64,000 bases of DNA, taken from assembly GCA_037447605.1 (NCBI GenBank), contig CM074807.1:186001-250000 (forward strand), given 5' to 3'. Each line of letters starts with the position of its first letter. Position 1 is the first letter of the stretch. Source of the stretch: Zygnema circumcarinatum SAG 698-1b (Eukaryota; Plantae; Zygnematophyceae). A program made the position numbers and the translations under genes. Below are positions 39,084-51,597 of this stretch, piece after piece. The notes beneath the pieces were generated by a model, which made no database searches, was not told where the DNA came from, and saw nothing but the letters and a program-made list of their open reading frames with translations.

Positions 39084-40920
39084 ATGGCGCCGGCCGCCCT
39101 GCACACGCTGCTCCCCTCCTCTCCGTTTGCCGACGCAGGCGTCTTCTCGACCTCCCGTCGTGGCATCTGCAGGGAGCGGGGTGGGAGCGCAGGGAGGAGT
39201 TGCCGCGCCTGCGGAATTAGCAGCAGCAGCAGCAGCAGCAGCGGCAGGAATGGTGCCGTCGCAGGGGCGAGAGATTCTCCCACAGGCTGTCAGCTAGCGT
39301 CGAGCCAGGCGGATTCGATAGGAGTGCTGGGGGGTATGTCGCCTCGCGCCACCGTAGATTTCATGCGCAAGGTGATCGACGCTACGCCCGCGCGCTCTGA
39401 CTCCGAGCACCTTCCTATGCTCGTCTGCAGCGACCCGCGCATTGCCGGCTGCTGCACGCCGTTTGGCGGCTCATCCAATGGCCGGGCAGTGAAGGCGGAC
39501 ATGGCAGAAAGCGCAGTGGAGCTCTTCTTGGAGAACCGAAGGGTCTTGGAGCAGTCAGGAGCGCGGTGCATTGTGATGCCCTGCCACGTGGCGCACCTGT
39601 GGTTCGATCAGATTGCAGATGGATGCTCCGTTCCGTTTCTGCACATAGCAGATGCGTTGGTGGAGGAGCTACAGGCGGAGAACCTGCAGCCTTTGGAGGC
39701 GGGGGGCCGACCTAAAGTGGGGCTGCTGGCCTCTGAAGCGACTCTGCATGCCGGGTTCTACCAAGATCGCCTCCGGAATGCTGTAAGAGTTCACTCTGCC
39801 TTTTACTTTTCTTGGATGGGTCGTCAGTGTATTGGGGATTAATCTCATCTAAAGGCGCTTCACTGAAACTCGGATCATAGCTGGCCGCCTGCATCTGTAC
39901 AACGCAGACAGGTTATGGAGTAAAGAGGCACTCAAAAACCGCCGAAAGCAGGAGGAGCTTCCTTCTCAATGCTGTTCGTTTTAAGGGCATTATGTTTTTT
40001 ATGTAGATCCGTTTATTGAACATATCTACTGACTGATCCAGAAGGGTTTGAGGCTTAGAAATGGTCGTCCGTTACTAGGAAAGAGTTCAATATGGTAGGG
40101 TGGATCGAACAAAGGGCCACTCGAGAGAACTACATAGCAACTCCTGATTAATAGTCGTTGCTGAGTACAGTGCTATGCGTTTGACAAGGCCCACTTCCTT
40201 GGAAGATTGATCAATGTTTTTGGAGAGCCCAGTGGAATGATCTTTCCCTTGACCGTTGGAGACAAATCAGTGCTTACGAAAAGGGCTTGAGAATTTTTCT
40301 CGATCTTATTCTGATTGCACTTATAGCTGGCAATTCTGCCAAGCAGCAAGAAAATTCCTGAGGGGTTTTTACCTCCTGTAGCGAAGGTTTATTCACGGAA
40401 GGTTTTTTCTATTGAACAGCAGATCGAGCACACAGGACACATTTCGTAATTCTCTAGAAGGTGCTGCACCTAGTAACTACGTTTTTAATGTTAAGGGCTG
40501 TAAGATGTCAGATATGTACGGATGTCTTCATGTGGTCATGTCATTTGTCACAGCATTTTCCTGATCAATGAGCTACTGTGTGAGCTCCTCTGCTGGCAGG
40601 GTTTTGAGGTGGTGATACCCGACAAGGCCACCATGGAGCACGCAGTGGTTCCTGGTGTTGAGGCTCTCCAACGGCGAGACATGGAGGGCGCACAGAACCT
40701 GCTCCGTATTGCAGCACAAGTATTGCTGGTCAATGCTGTGAACCGAGTTGTCCTTGCTTGCCACGACATGTCCTCCGCATTCTCTCCCCAAGATCCCACT
40801 CTCTTGCGCTGCATCGACCCCATGGATGCTCTTGCTCGCCAAACAGTTCGGTGGGCGCAGCAGGTGCGGAAGAATTCCGCAGCTTCTGCCACCCCGCTTG
40901 AGTCCGATGTTGGCAGATGA
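39084..40920 (+). CDS. PLP-independent aspartate/glutamate racemase family protein, probable plastid transit peptide; exons 39084-39782, 40600-40920
   Basis: IGVLGGMSPRATVDF, CIVMPCHVAH, VPFLHI, KVGLLASEATLHAGFYQ, GFEVVIPDKATMEH, VVLACHDM, IDPMDALAR. Confidence 0.92.
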
Positions 40921-41850
40921 CATGCGGTCGAGATATGGAGCACCCTTGTTTTTGTGGGGCCCTATGCACAGCTGCAAGCTGTCCTGAAGGGGCACACTCA
41001 GCCTCCCATTGAGGCGACAGGTGGGTCCTGGCCCGTCTCCTCTCATCAGCACCTTGACACACAGAACGCGCTCATAGGCGGAAACCTGTGGAAGGGCAGC
41101 GGATGCAGCACTGCCTGCTGCATACTGAGCACGACAGCACAGCACAGCACAGCTGCAGTAGATGTCTTTAAGGTATTTACGTGGGTTCAAAGTAAAAGCT
41201 CCGCATTTTTATAGCATGCTTAAGGTCGCGTGGAAGGAATGCCAATTATGGCTAAGAGCACGTTTTTTTCAGTCATCTGTACAACGCAGGAAATTGCGGT
41301 CTTAGCTACCGAAGTCCTATAGGAGGCAGCAATTCGAGGTCTATACTGTGAGGTGCAAGCTCCTGAAATGTGCATATAGGGCTGTTTTTTTTTTTTTTGG
41401 TACTTGGGATGTCTGTAGTTTCTCATTGGGACATGACTCATCGTCGACTATCGACAGCTCCGCTAATGAAGGGCTCGAGAGCCGCAGAAACAAAGCTGTC
41501 ACCCAATATCTGCGTTTTTCCCTGGGTATGTCAAATTTGTTTTTGTCTGAGAATGACTGTGTCACTCTGGCAGTCGCAATAAGGCCAAGGCTCAATCAGA
41601 AGTATTACCAAGCTTCATTCTCAGATCGCCAGTATGCGAGGTGCCCCAAAGAGCCCCAACATATGTCCTCTGTTTTCACTGAAGAAAAAACGTTCCAAAG
41701 TATCTTTCACAATATATCCAGTTCGCAATTCCTGCCGACGAGTTTCCACGATGCTCTATTCGTCACAGACGATGATAACCCTCTCCTTAGTAATCATCAA
41801 CAGTGTCGCAAAAGAGCACCAGAAAGAGTCTGGTTGGAATGCACAGGGAT

Positions 41851-44768
41851 TTAAGCTTGGAACGAAATGCCGTTCAAAGGAATCTCCACATCCATAGAGT
41901 AGGCGAGCCGAACGGCTTCAATGAGTTCAGGCGTATAATACGAGGCGAAGAGTGCTGAGGAGTTCGTGGGATGAGCAAACAGCCCTTGGGAAGGAAGTGC
42001 TGCTGCTCCCTTTCCTACGTGACGGAACACTACTCGACTATCTTCCTGCATTCTCTCAAACCGTCCAACAAAATGGTACTTGAGAATGTGCAGACCGCAA
42101 AGGTCCGCCTGCGGGGCAATGTGATTCTCTACCTTCTTGCGGGAATCACGTATGACATTCCCAGTCAGCCGCACGAACTCTGGGAAGCTCAGCAGAGAGT
42201 CGCCCAGAGTTGCAATGTGCAGGTCTCCAAAGAAAACATTGTTCCAGAATGTGCGATTGCGCTGATGCCCACCTGCCACGTGCTTGTCTAGATAAGCTGA
42301 CAGGAGGCGAGTCCATGGACTACGAACGAAAGTGAACAGAAATGTCTTCGGGTTTGTAAGAATGCGTGCTGCTTCGCCTTCTGAAAAATCTTGACCCAAC
42401 ACTTTCAATCCACTCCTGCCTGTTTCCTCCCCTCCCAAACAAGTCAGTTTTGCCTTTACATGGTCATCATGCTTGCATTACTGCCTATGGCCCAGAGGCT
42501 GTAGCTTTCACCCATAGTACTTATACACACGCTCACACTTTCAGGCAGCGAAGGGAAAACGAGCACAGAGCAGGTATCACCAACAGAGGGAAAGGAAGGA
42601 GAATTCTCTCACCACGATCATGAACCTCCTCGGTGGCGGATAAATTGAGCTCTGCCGCCACCCATGGAGTCCTATGAGCCATGAGCAATGATTGCAGGTG
42701 GACTTTTTTGGCAATGGAATGTAAAATCAGAGTGGCGTTTCTTAGGTCGCATAGTGCAGCTGAAATAAAGGAAGGTTTTTTTACTGTTCCACCTGCCATG
42801 CCCTGCAGACGGCGCATCCAAAGCCGCCATGTTGTGCAGGCGACTTTGGGTATACTACAGTAAAGCAGAGAGCGCTCTTCTGAAAAGAGACAATCCCAAG
42901 TATCCCCACCAAGCAGTGTTCAATTATCTGCTAATTTGACTGCACTTTCTGCATAATTTCCCTCTTTACGTATGGCTTCCAGGCTCGCCTCTTCACTGAT
43001 AACTGCCTGCGACTGCTATTGCACATAGAGGTAGTCGATAACCAATTTGATTTATATTGAAAACAAAATGTAGATTGGGTATTTTGGAATGGCATATTCA
43101 TAGAAAATATTGAGCTCACCATCAACGTACAGTTGCTGCGCCCAGCGCTGTTGTATCACAAGGGGCGGCAACTTCTTGTCACAGAATGCCTCCCTGCGCT
43201 TAAACGGATGACCAAATTTCTCAGCCTGTCCGACGATAAAATCCACAACTCCAGACGGGAAGCCGTGTATTAGGGTTGTGGTCTGACTAAGGAGAAGATA
43301 CTCTGCTAAATCATGCTGTGCACACGTTACCAGCTTGAGCCTAAAAGGACCCTGTTCACGGGCTTGCGATTCGGAAAAAGGCAAAGTATGGCCCATGAGA
43401 GGGTTGAAGGCTCGGCACAGCTCCTGCCCCTCCCGCAGCGGGTCAAAGTGAGGCCCAAATTTGCCTGTTTTTGAAAGCTCTGCGTTCCAACTTTCCCCTC
43501 TGCTTAAAACCAAAGGACACCATGGCACCCAGAAAGTGTCAGTTGAGTTCGTTGGTCCTCACGTGTCTTCGATTATTTTCAACTCTTCTTTTTGTTAGTG
43601 AGAAGTGTGTACGCGTATAACTATGTGTGTATGCCAATTTATGTCTGAATGCATGGCACTGTTGGTTCCCTCAGTCAGTCACCGTTGATATCACCACGAT
43701 CACCCTCACCTTCTGCTCAGGAGAAGAGAAACTGAGTTGTAGAGGCTTCCGCTCATGGTGGAACGTATCCATGACGCCCTGCACTGCCAGTCCGGGACTG
43801 CCTCCGAGGAAAAAGTCGGAAGAGGGGTCCCTAAGCAGTTCCATGAGCATGATACGGCTGCTCAAATTGGTTTGCATTCCCCAGTGCGTACTAAAGCCCC
43901 AGCAGCTCTTGCTCAATCGGTTCCAATCTCTTTCCGGAAGTCGGGGGGGCATCATTTGCAGTCTCTCACCGTTAGAGTCGTCTTCCCCATCAAGCTCTGT
44001 TGAGTCCACACTGCTCACAGAGCCCAAGCAAGCAGATACAAGGAGCTCCGGCGTGACTTGTGGCACGCCTGCCTGCAAGATCACTCCTTTAGAACGTCTG
44101 AGCCGTGCCATATCCACTCCTGCCGCCAGTCTCTGCACCTCTTCAGACGGCCGCAATCGCTGATAGCAGCCACGCAGCTGCTCTGCAAGCTCACAGCCTT
44201 GCAGCTTAGCCTCTGCCCGGCGGAGTTGACATGGGGCTACTGCTTGACTGACAAAGAGACTTGGAGGGGCTTTCACATTGCTGGGGTGGATGTCAGCGCA
44301 CTTTGACTGAGAACTGCTACTGGCGTTCCAGGCTACTACTGCTTGGCGCCAGGATAGCCACTCCAGGCTAAGCTGAAATTTACCGTCCAGGTCATCTAGA
44401 GCTTCAAACATTGAACTTTTAGAAAACAGTTCCTCAAAATTGGTCGCAGGAAGCCATCCATCTGACCTCCAGACCACCACAAGAGGAATCTCTGCTGCTC
44501 TAGTGAATGCCTCGGCTGCGCAGATGGAATACAAGCGGCTTCCCAGGTCACCCCCACACAGAAGCACAGCAGAGCCCCTAAGCGACTCCTTCCCTCGGCG
44601 TACAACCTCCTCCCAACGCCCTCGGCCCTCTCCCGCAGGCGAGCTTCTGAGGCGGAGATGCAGGAAGCAGCCGCAGAGAAGCGCAGCGAAGAGGGCAGCG
44701 ATGCAGCGCCGCTTGCTGCAGCCCCTCACCCGTCCCCCTCCCCCCCCTCCCCGCATGCGCATGCGCAT
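41851..44768 (-). CDS. Fucosyltransferase-like + carbohydrate sulfotransferase fusion, paralog B, 5 exons
   Basis: TM CIAALFAALLCGCFL; GGDLGSRLYSI...LVVVW; LAEYLLLSQTTTLIHG; LLYCSIPKVACTTWRLWMRR (~42810-42870); FTFVRSPWTRLLSAYLDK; NHIAPQADLCG; same intron positions as paralog A. Confidence 0.85.
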
Positions 44769-44832
44769 CTGCAGCCACTGCAGCCTCCGCTTCCCGTGGG
44801 AGCGTGCGCTTCTGTTGTGTGTGGCATGAGAA

Positions 44833-44914
44833 TTAGGGTTAGGGTTAGGGTTAGGGTTAGGGTTAGGGTTAGGGTTAGGGTTAGAGCCAGGCGATTAGGG
44901 TTACGAAGTTAGGG
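44833..44914 (+). repeat. Interstitial telomere-like (TTAGGG)8 plus degenerate copies in a divergent promoter
   Basis: Eight perfect TTAGGG units at 44833-44880, followed by ttaga, ttagggtta and ttaggg. Confidence 0.95.
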
Positions 44915-44987
44915 CTGGCTGTGAGTAGGCGCGTACAGACTTCAGGTTTGTTAGGGCAAAGGGTGCAGTTGCGCTTGTCGCCTCGCC

Positions 44988-47900
44988 ATGGAGCCTGCGA
45001 AGGAGCCTGCGGAAGAGCCTCCTGCAGCCACTCCCCTTCCCGGGGGTGAGGCTGCGGGAGGGGAGGGTGCCCTCGCGACTATGTCTTCGTCCTCCAAGGA
45101 AGTCGGGGAAGAGGAGCAGCAGAAGCAGGTGGCGGAGGGAGGGCAGGATGGTTTGAAAGGGGAGAGCGAGCCTTTGATAAAGAAGGAGGAGGCAGGCAAT
45201 GCAGCCAATGCGAGCGATGCCACAAATGTGTGGGGCTGGGGAGGCTGGGCGTCCGTGGTCAGTGTCCTTCAGGAGGCGCAGAAGACAGTAAGGTCACGAA
45301 TCCTTGGTGATCTCACATGAAAACCTGTCAAAGATTTTTTTTTTCTGTATCCAGCCACCGCAACAACTTGGAACAAGCAAAGATGGCATGCCTGAAAGAA
45401 ACAGTCCCGCACCAGTTCTCAACTGCCAGCATGTATAACGATCGTCGAGTGTGCGGTAGAGTCCAGATGACTTAATCTACACTGCTATGTGTATTTCAGT
45501 GTATTTGCCAGAACTACATTTCCACGTTCCCATCACTCTTCCTAAATGCTGACAGCATACAACACAACGCTGCTCCATAGCGTACTGCAATGTTGTCTGT
45601 GGATATGGACTGTAAGTCAAGCTCTCACGGATGAGCGTGTTGAGAGGATTGCAGGCTGCGAGTGCTGCCTCTGGAGTGTTGGAGCAGCTGGATGCAGAAG
45701 CACGGAAAATCGAAGCAGAAGCGAAAGGTCATTCTGAGTCAGCAAAGGGCAGCAAGGATGATAGAGGAAGCGAAAACATGTCTGGTACTGAAAGGGCGCA
45801 AGGTGATCCGCCTGAGCAGCAGAATGATGTAGGAAACAATGAAGAGGCCCAAACATCAGACTCACAGTCGTTGCAAAATCGAGATGAGGAAAAAGGAGAA
45901 GCTGTGGACGGCTCACGTAAAGTTGAGGACCCAACCAAGAACTCTGTGCTTGAACAGGTGCTCACTTTCTTCACTCCACTCTTCTTGTTTTTTTCTGCAT
46001 CTAGAATACGTCGACTGGGAAGAAACGAAACGTACTTACTAAGCGTATCCTGGCTATTGCTGACTTGTAGAGCAGAGTCATCTTGTGAAATTCTTCGAGA
46101 AGAGTCTCTCTATATCTCAAAGCTCTTTATGGCTGCGCATTTCTTTTATTCCTTCGCAAAGAATTTAGTACTGACAGGGTAACATTTGGCAAGTGGGACA
46201 CTCTTCCTTGATTATTACGTCGTCCTATATGCAAGTCTTTCCCGTTGATGGCTGTGTTCTGCCGGTCTGACAAAGTGATACAGTTTATGGTGTATGCCTT
46301 ACCGCGCTCCTCTATGTGCGATGTGACATATCTTGGCATCTGCAAGTCATGAGACCAAAGCAGCTATTGATAGTTACCGTTACTCCCTGTGCAGCTTTAG
46401 ATCTACTAACACAGATATGGTGAAGGAGGTGGCTGATGCGCTCAGAGCCTTAAGAGTCTGGATGAGTCCGTCGAGACCATGGCTTCAGGCGCTCTGCAAG
46501 CACTGGGGACTGCCTGGCGAGGGGGGCTCACCTTCATGCACACGTTCGCAACAAAACCCTCACTCAATGATGCTCTCTTTGATTACAGCTGACTACAGGG
46601 AAAGGCTTACAAGCTAGGGTGATGTGCTGTCCAAATAATGACGAGTATAATCCTTGAGAAACAAGTGTTCACTGTGTGGTTTGTTGTTCTTAGGGTTTCT
46701 GATCTGAATGACAGATGAGGACTTGGGCTGCAGGTTGGAAGAGTCAGCCGGAACGCTGGCCCACAGCATTCAGGAAGGAACAAATCCCAGCATCTTGCAG
46801 GTTCTACTCATGGCTCATAATACCCCACATGAAGCATGTCTCAGTGGTTGCTGCGTTGTTGAGTACATGGGCAATGCATATCTTCAACTGCGTACATCGG
46901 GGTAGTTCAGTGAGTGATGGCTAAGGGAAACACTTTCTCAGCGGTACTGTAGCAAGTGTCTTAATCACGTCGTCTTTCTGCAGTTTTGATATGTGGTTGA
47001 CCTGTGAATGTGGTGAGCGGTAGCCGCTGTAGGTCCTAAACACTTGGCTCCATGGATGGCAGTCTGGGCGAGGTTTTGCAGAGCGAGGTTTGCGAGTGTT
47101 GGAGTATGTGAGCCAGGAGACAATCAATGTGATTGCCCAAGAGACGGGTATCAAAATTGAGGAAGAGGTGGAGCAACAGCAAATGGAACCTGAAATTGAA
47201 GAGGAGGAATACAGTGAAGAAGTGACCTTTGAACGCTGCTTCTACATATATGGGGGCCCTGAGCATCTTGAGGTGGGGCACTTTCCTTTCATGCAATTGC
47301 GATGGATGGGCTCTCTTTGAACCTGGATTACTTGTTCTTTCATGAAAGCATCCCCATTCTTAAACCCTATGAGCCGGGGAAGGGCAACAGGAACTGGAAG
47401 CTTTGTCCAGCCACCATACTTTACTATGCACGAGGGGGCGAGCTAAGCTGCCCACCGAAGAGGACCGATTGGCTATGGATACCCTACTGGAGGAATTGCA
47501 GAAGATTCTGGTGGTGGGAGTGGAGAATGCAGAGAGAGGGGGAGGAGGAGAAGTGGATTGGCCGTTGCGGGATGCCTTAGAGGAGTGGCATTCCATGCGG
47601 AAGGCGAGCATAAGGACGGCAATGGAGATGGCCAGCGGGTAGAGCTTCAGGACTTGGCATTTGATGGCACCACAATCAGTCTCAGAAGGTGTTCGTGAGA
47701 CATCTCTCACATTTCGTTTAGCTGAGGAAATGAGCTGAGAAAGTTGCAGGATGTTGCAGGTCAGAATCAGACTGTGGAGAAGGTGTCCTGCTTTGCAGCT
47801 TAGAGAGGCAAGAGTCTACTTTGCACCGCTAACGAAAGGAAAGGAGATGGTTCTAGTTCATGTAGCGAGAAGCTGAGTTTTCTTGCTGATTTAAGTTGTA

Positions 47901-48890
47901 ACATTCTTGGTGATCTTGGCGTTTTGTGATGACTTCTGCTGACTCCAATATCCTCTTGCGATGGTTTTCCTCTGCAGCTTTCCTGCAGGTCTTTCCGGGC
48001 TGCCTCCTAAAGAGATGTCTCAACGCACAACAGAGCGACTAGAGGCAATTCGAACAGAGAGCTGCCATGTAGGAAGCCTATCCCCTTTTCAAGCAGTGAA
48101 TGGTTCTGCCAACATGTGATTCTGACATCCGATTTTCTCTCCCCTGTATTGATCGAATGCTTGTGTGGGAGGTTGAACGAGTCAGATGAAGGTAAAGGTC
48201 TAAAATACTTTCTGTGAGTGCAGAGAGTTGCGGAAGTGGCAGCTGCTTGTGTTGCGCTGCTACTGGAAGCAGGAAAGTCGCTTGTTGCTGGCGAGGCAGT
48301 GTCAGCAACTGCGGAAGAAGAGCAGAATGAGAGTTCTGAGTCAGGGGGAAGTTGGCCTGACGGCTGCAAAGCGAAAACAGAGCTCTTACGGTCACAAGCG
48401 CAAGCCATGATCAGAGACCTTCTGCTGGTGATCAAAAGCTTCTCTTCTGGTGGGTTGTCCTGCTACCATGCTGCCAAAGCGCATTACGAGTTTGCTATAA
48501 GCTCGCTCATTGAGAAAGTGCAGTGTCTGCCATTATTTCTTTCCGTTATTGACAGGGAAAGGACTGTAGAGATTGCTGCTGTATCTAGGCAGCTTTCTAG
48601 ATGCGAATCTCAACGTTTTTCCATATTGTGGGTGCGTCTGAGCCGTACGACCTATGTGTGCATTGCTGCGTGCAGTTATGAATGAAGTGGAGGCTGCGTA
48701 CAGAGCTGCAGCGGTCAGTGGAGAGGCACCATCTGGGGAGGTGGAGGAGGCAGCTGAAGGCACTGTTGGCCAGAAGAGTGCCGCTTTGAAGGAGGAGATA
48801 ACGGCTGACGAGCAGGAGGCTGTGAGACACATACAGGAAGGTTTGAAGCACCTCGTGTACGTTCTTCTCTCGAGCTCCTTGAAAAGCTGA
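44988..48890 (+). CDS. FAM114/DUF719-like protein (plant 'BAT2 domain' type), multi-exon
   Basis: WGWGGWASVVSVLQ, ALGTAWRGG, GLRVLEYVSQETINVIAQETG, EEVTFERCFYIYGGPEHLE|ELEALSSHHTLL, HIQEGLKHLVYVLLS. Confidence 0.8.
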
Positions 48891-49849
48891 GGATGGAGCT
48901 GCACCAAGTGAAACAGCAAGTGCAGGAATTGTGAGGTCGTTCAAAAGAAGCCAACGCTTATGGCGGCAGTATTGGAAATGAAGACTCGGATGCTTTGTGA
49001 GCTGAGTTTCGTTTTGTCCAGTGTAATGCATCCAGTGTCTCAAAATAGAGAGCGGTGGAAGTTTCAAATGTGATTATTCGCATAAAATGTCACACCAGGC
49101 AGTTGTGACGGTTGTGAAAATGACATCGCCTTTATCGCCTTCACAGTTTTGTACATGTACAGCCAATATGGGCTGTTTGGCCTCAGCGTGTTTTATCCTT
49201 TCTTGAATGTGAATATGCACTACCTTGCAAATATGTAATGTTGCACAACTATGGTGGATTGTGCGTCTAGTTATAAATTCAAATGTTTTCTTAGAAAGTC
49301 GTATCAATTTCAACGTGAAGTTGTCAGTTGGACCATGCCTGCGTAATACACTTTGATGTGCCCCAATTGTTACTCTTTTACCATTAGTAGACAGCACACA
49401 ATTTGGGACAGTGTACTCCTGTTGAAGGCTAGCTTCACCTGTTTGACTATGAACCCTCCCAACCGTGATTGAAAGTTACCACACCAAAGTGTTAAACCGA
49501 AAGTAAGCAGTGGGAAAGGGAAGTACGTTGGCCTGACGGATCCTGAAACCTTCCATGAGGGGCGATCAAACTAATCAGCAACACCCCACCAGACCACAAA
49601 TAGATGGAGGTGCCTGGCAACAAGGGACACCCAATCAGCCTTGAAACATGAAATGCCGATGACGGATTGTTTCCTTTTAAGGTCCGGCTACAACTGAGCT
49701 GTACCATCAGTGCATTATCCTGCTAAGGGAGGGGCAATTGAAGTTGGATTGAAAGGATCAGGGCTGCCCTGGGTCGCCATTACAGAGGCACATCGGACAC
49801 ACGAGCTTGCCAGCCTATAGAGGTACGGCGTCTGATGGGTGAAGAGAGC

Positions 49850-51597
49850 TCATCTATTCACCTCCGACGGTAGCGGGCGGTTGAATCCACCTGAAGAACG
49901 AGAAGAAACCCTTCAGTGGGAAGCTCGATGATGCATTCAGGCTACAGTCAAAGCATATCAACAAACTAGAAAATCACTCCATACATCACTCACATTTCGC
50001 AGAGTACTAACCAATTGAATTATTGAACAAGAGATGTTCACCAGTCAGCTTCATCCCCAACCGTGCTAAAGCACTTTCATATCCAGGCACAACAAGAGAC
50101 GAGATAAAATTGAAGGCAACGTACCCTTGCGGTTCATGTACTGCCGAGGTTGCCGCTTTGTGCTCAGCTTTACAGCCCCTTGATGAGCATCAGAGACGGG
50201 CTTGCCCTGAATGGTCCATAGAACCATAAGCGTGTCAGAAACAGTCCAGTGGCTCTTCTAAAAACCACAGCAAAAACTTCTGAGCACTACGATTTAAATA
50301 CTTGGATGCAAATTTCGGCAAAATCGGTGCACCTTTGTTGAATTAAATGTCGACGGAATGCCAAATTGAGACATAAAGGCTGCCTCATCGACATCTGGGA
50401 CAATTGGAGGAGGAGGTGGAAGTGGAGGGGGTAAAGGTGGTGGCAATGGGAGTTCCGAATCAGCATCTCGTGGAGGCCTTGGAGGAGGGGGTGGTAGCCA
50501 GCTATCTTCATCCATTGGGCCATAGCCAGCTGCAATAGGTCCAGTAAGCTTCCTGCCATGGATATCATCGGGACTCCTCTCCCTGCTGTCTCTCAGCTTC
50601 TCCTCCCTGCGCTGTGCTTCTCTATCTCGATCCTTTTTCTCTGTTGGCTTTGCAGTTTGCATAGGCCGCATTACTGGAGAACGGCTGCGTGACCGGGCCT
50701 TCGCCAGTCTGTCCAACTCTGGCGACCTCTCTTTCCTTTTCTTGTCTCTATCTCTCTCCCTTTCTCTTTCTCTGTCCCTGTCTCTGCCCCTGTCCCTCTC
50801 CCTCTCCCTGTCTCTATCCCTGTCCCTGCCCCTTTCAGTGTCTTTGTCTCTGTCCCTATCTCTGTCTCTCCCTCTCTCTCTATCTCTCTCTCTGTCCTTG
50901 TCCTTGTCCTTGTCCTTGTCCTTGTCCCTATCCCGGTCCCTATCCTGGTCTCTCTCTGTGTTACCATCCTCATCGCGCTCCCTCACCCTGCCTCTTGCTA
51001 CTTTACCGCTATCTCGGTTCCTATCTCTCTCGTGATCTCCATCACGCTCGTCTCGATCCTTTCTTGTGTCTGTCACCACAGCATAATAGCAACCATCAAT
51101 TGCATGAAGCTCGTATCTGACGTATTTGTTAGATCACGGAAGTAAATGAAAAAAGAGCTGTAAGTGGGTCCGAGAATTTGTGACGAAGGCATACTTTAAC
51201 CGCTCAATCCGCGGCAAGAGCTTTGCCAGACCAGCTGCAAAGTTCAAGACACTTGAGATCCCGTTCCTTTTTCCAAAGAACAAATCTTTAGTGCAAGCTG
51301 GTTAACAGCGCTACAAAGGTATGCTAAGCTAGTTCAGGAAGGCTCAATGATGGCTTCACCTGAATTTCACAATGGCCAATCGATTCAAAAGAAGGTGAGC
51401 TGCGAAAAATGACAAGGCAAGGTGGGGGGACCATCAATGAGACATTCTGGAGTTAGTAGCGGCAACAGTGACTCCGTCAGAAAACTAGACTTGGCTTCCT
51501 GACAGCTGCCAAGGCCCCATGGTCTGTCATTGCCTGCGGCTTATCAAAACGAGCAGAAAGACTCACCGCGGCGAGAGGGAGAGTGTGACCGCGCCAT
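49850..51597 (-). CDS. SNRNP27: U4/U6.U5 tri-snRNP 27 kDa protein (RD/RS-rich N-terminus)
   Basis: MARSHSPSRR start; RD-repeat exon; FMSQFGIPSTFNSTK|GKPV...KRQPRQYMNRK|GGFNRPLPSEVNR*. Confidence 0.92.

Noticed and set aside
50690-51060. CTGTCC/CTCT repeat as a microsatellite
   Set aside because: It is the coding RD/RE repeat of snRNP27.
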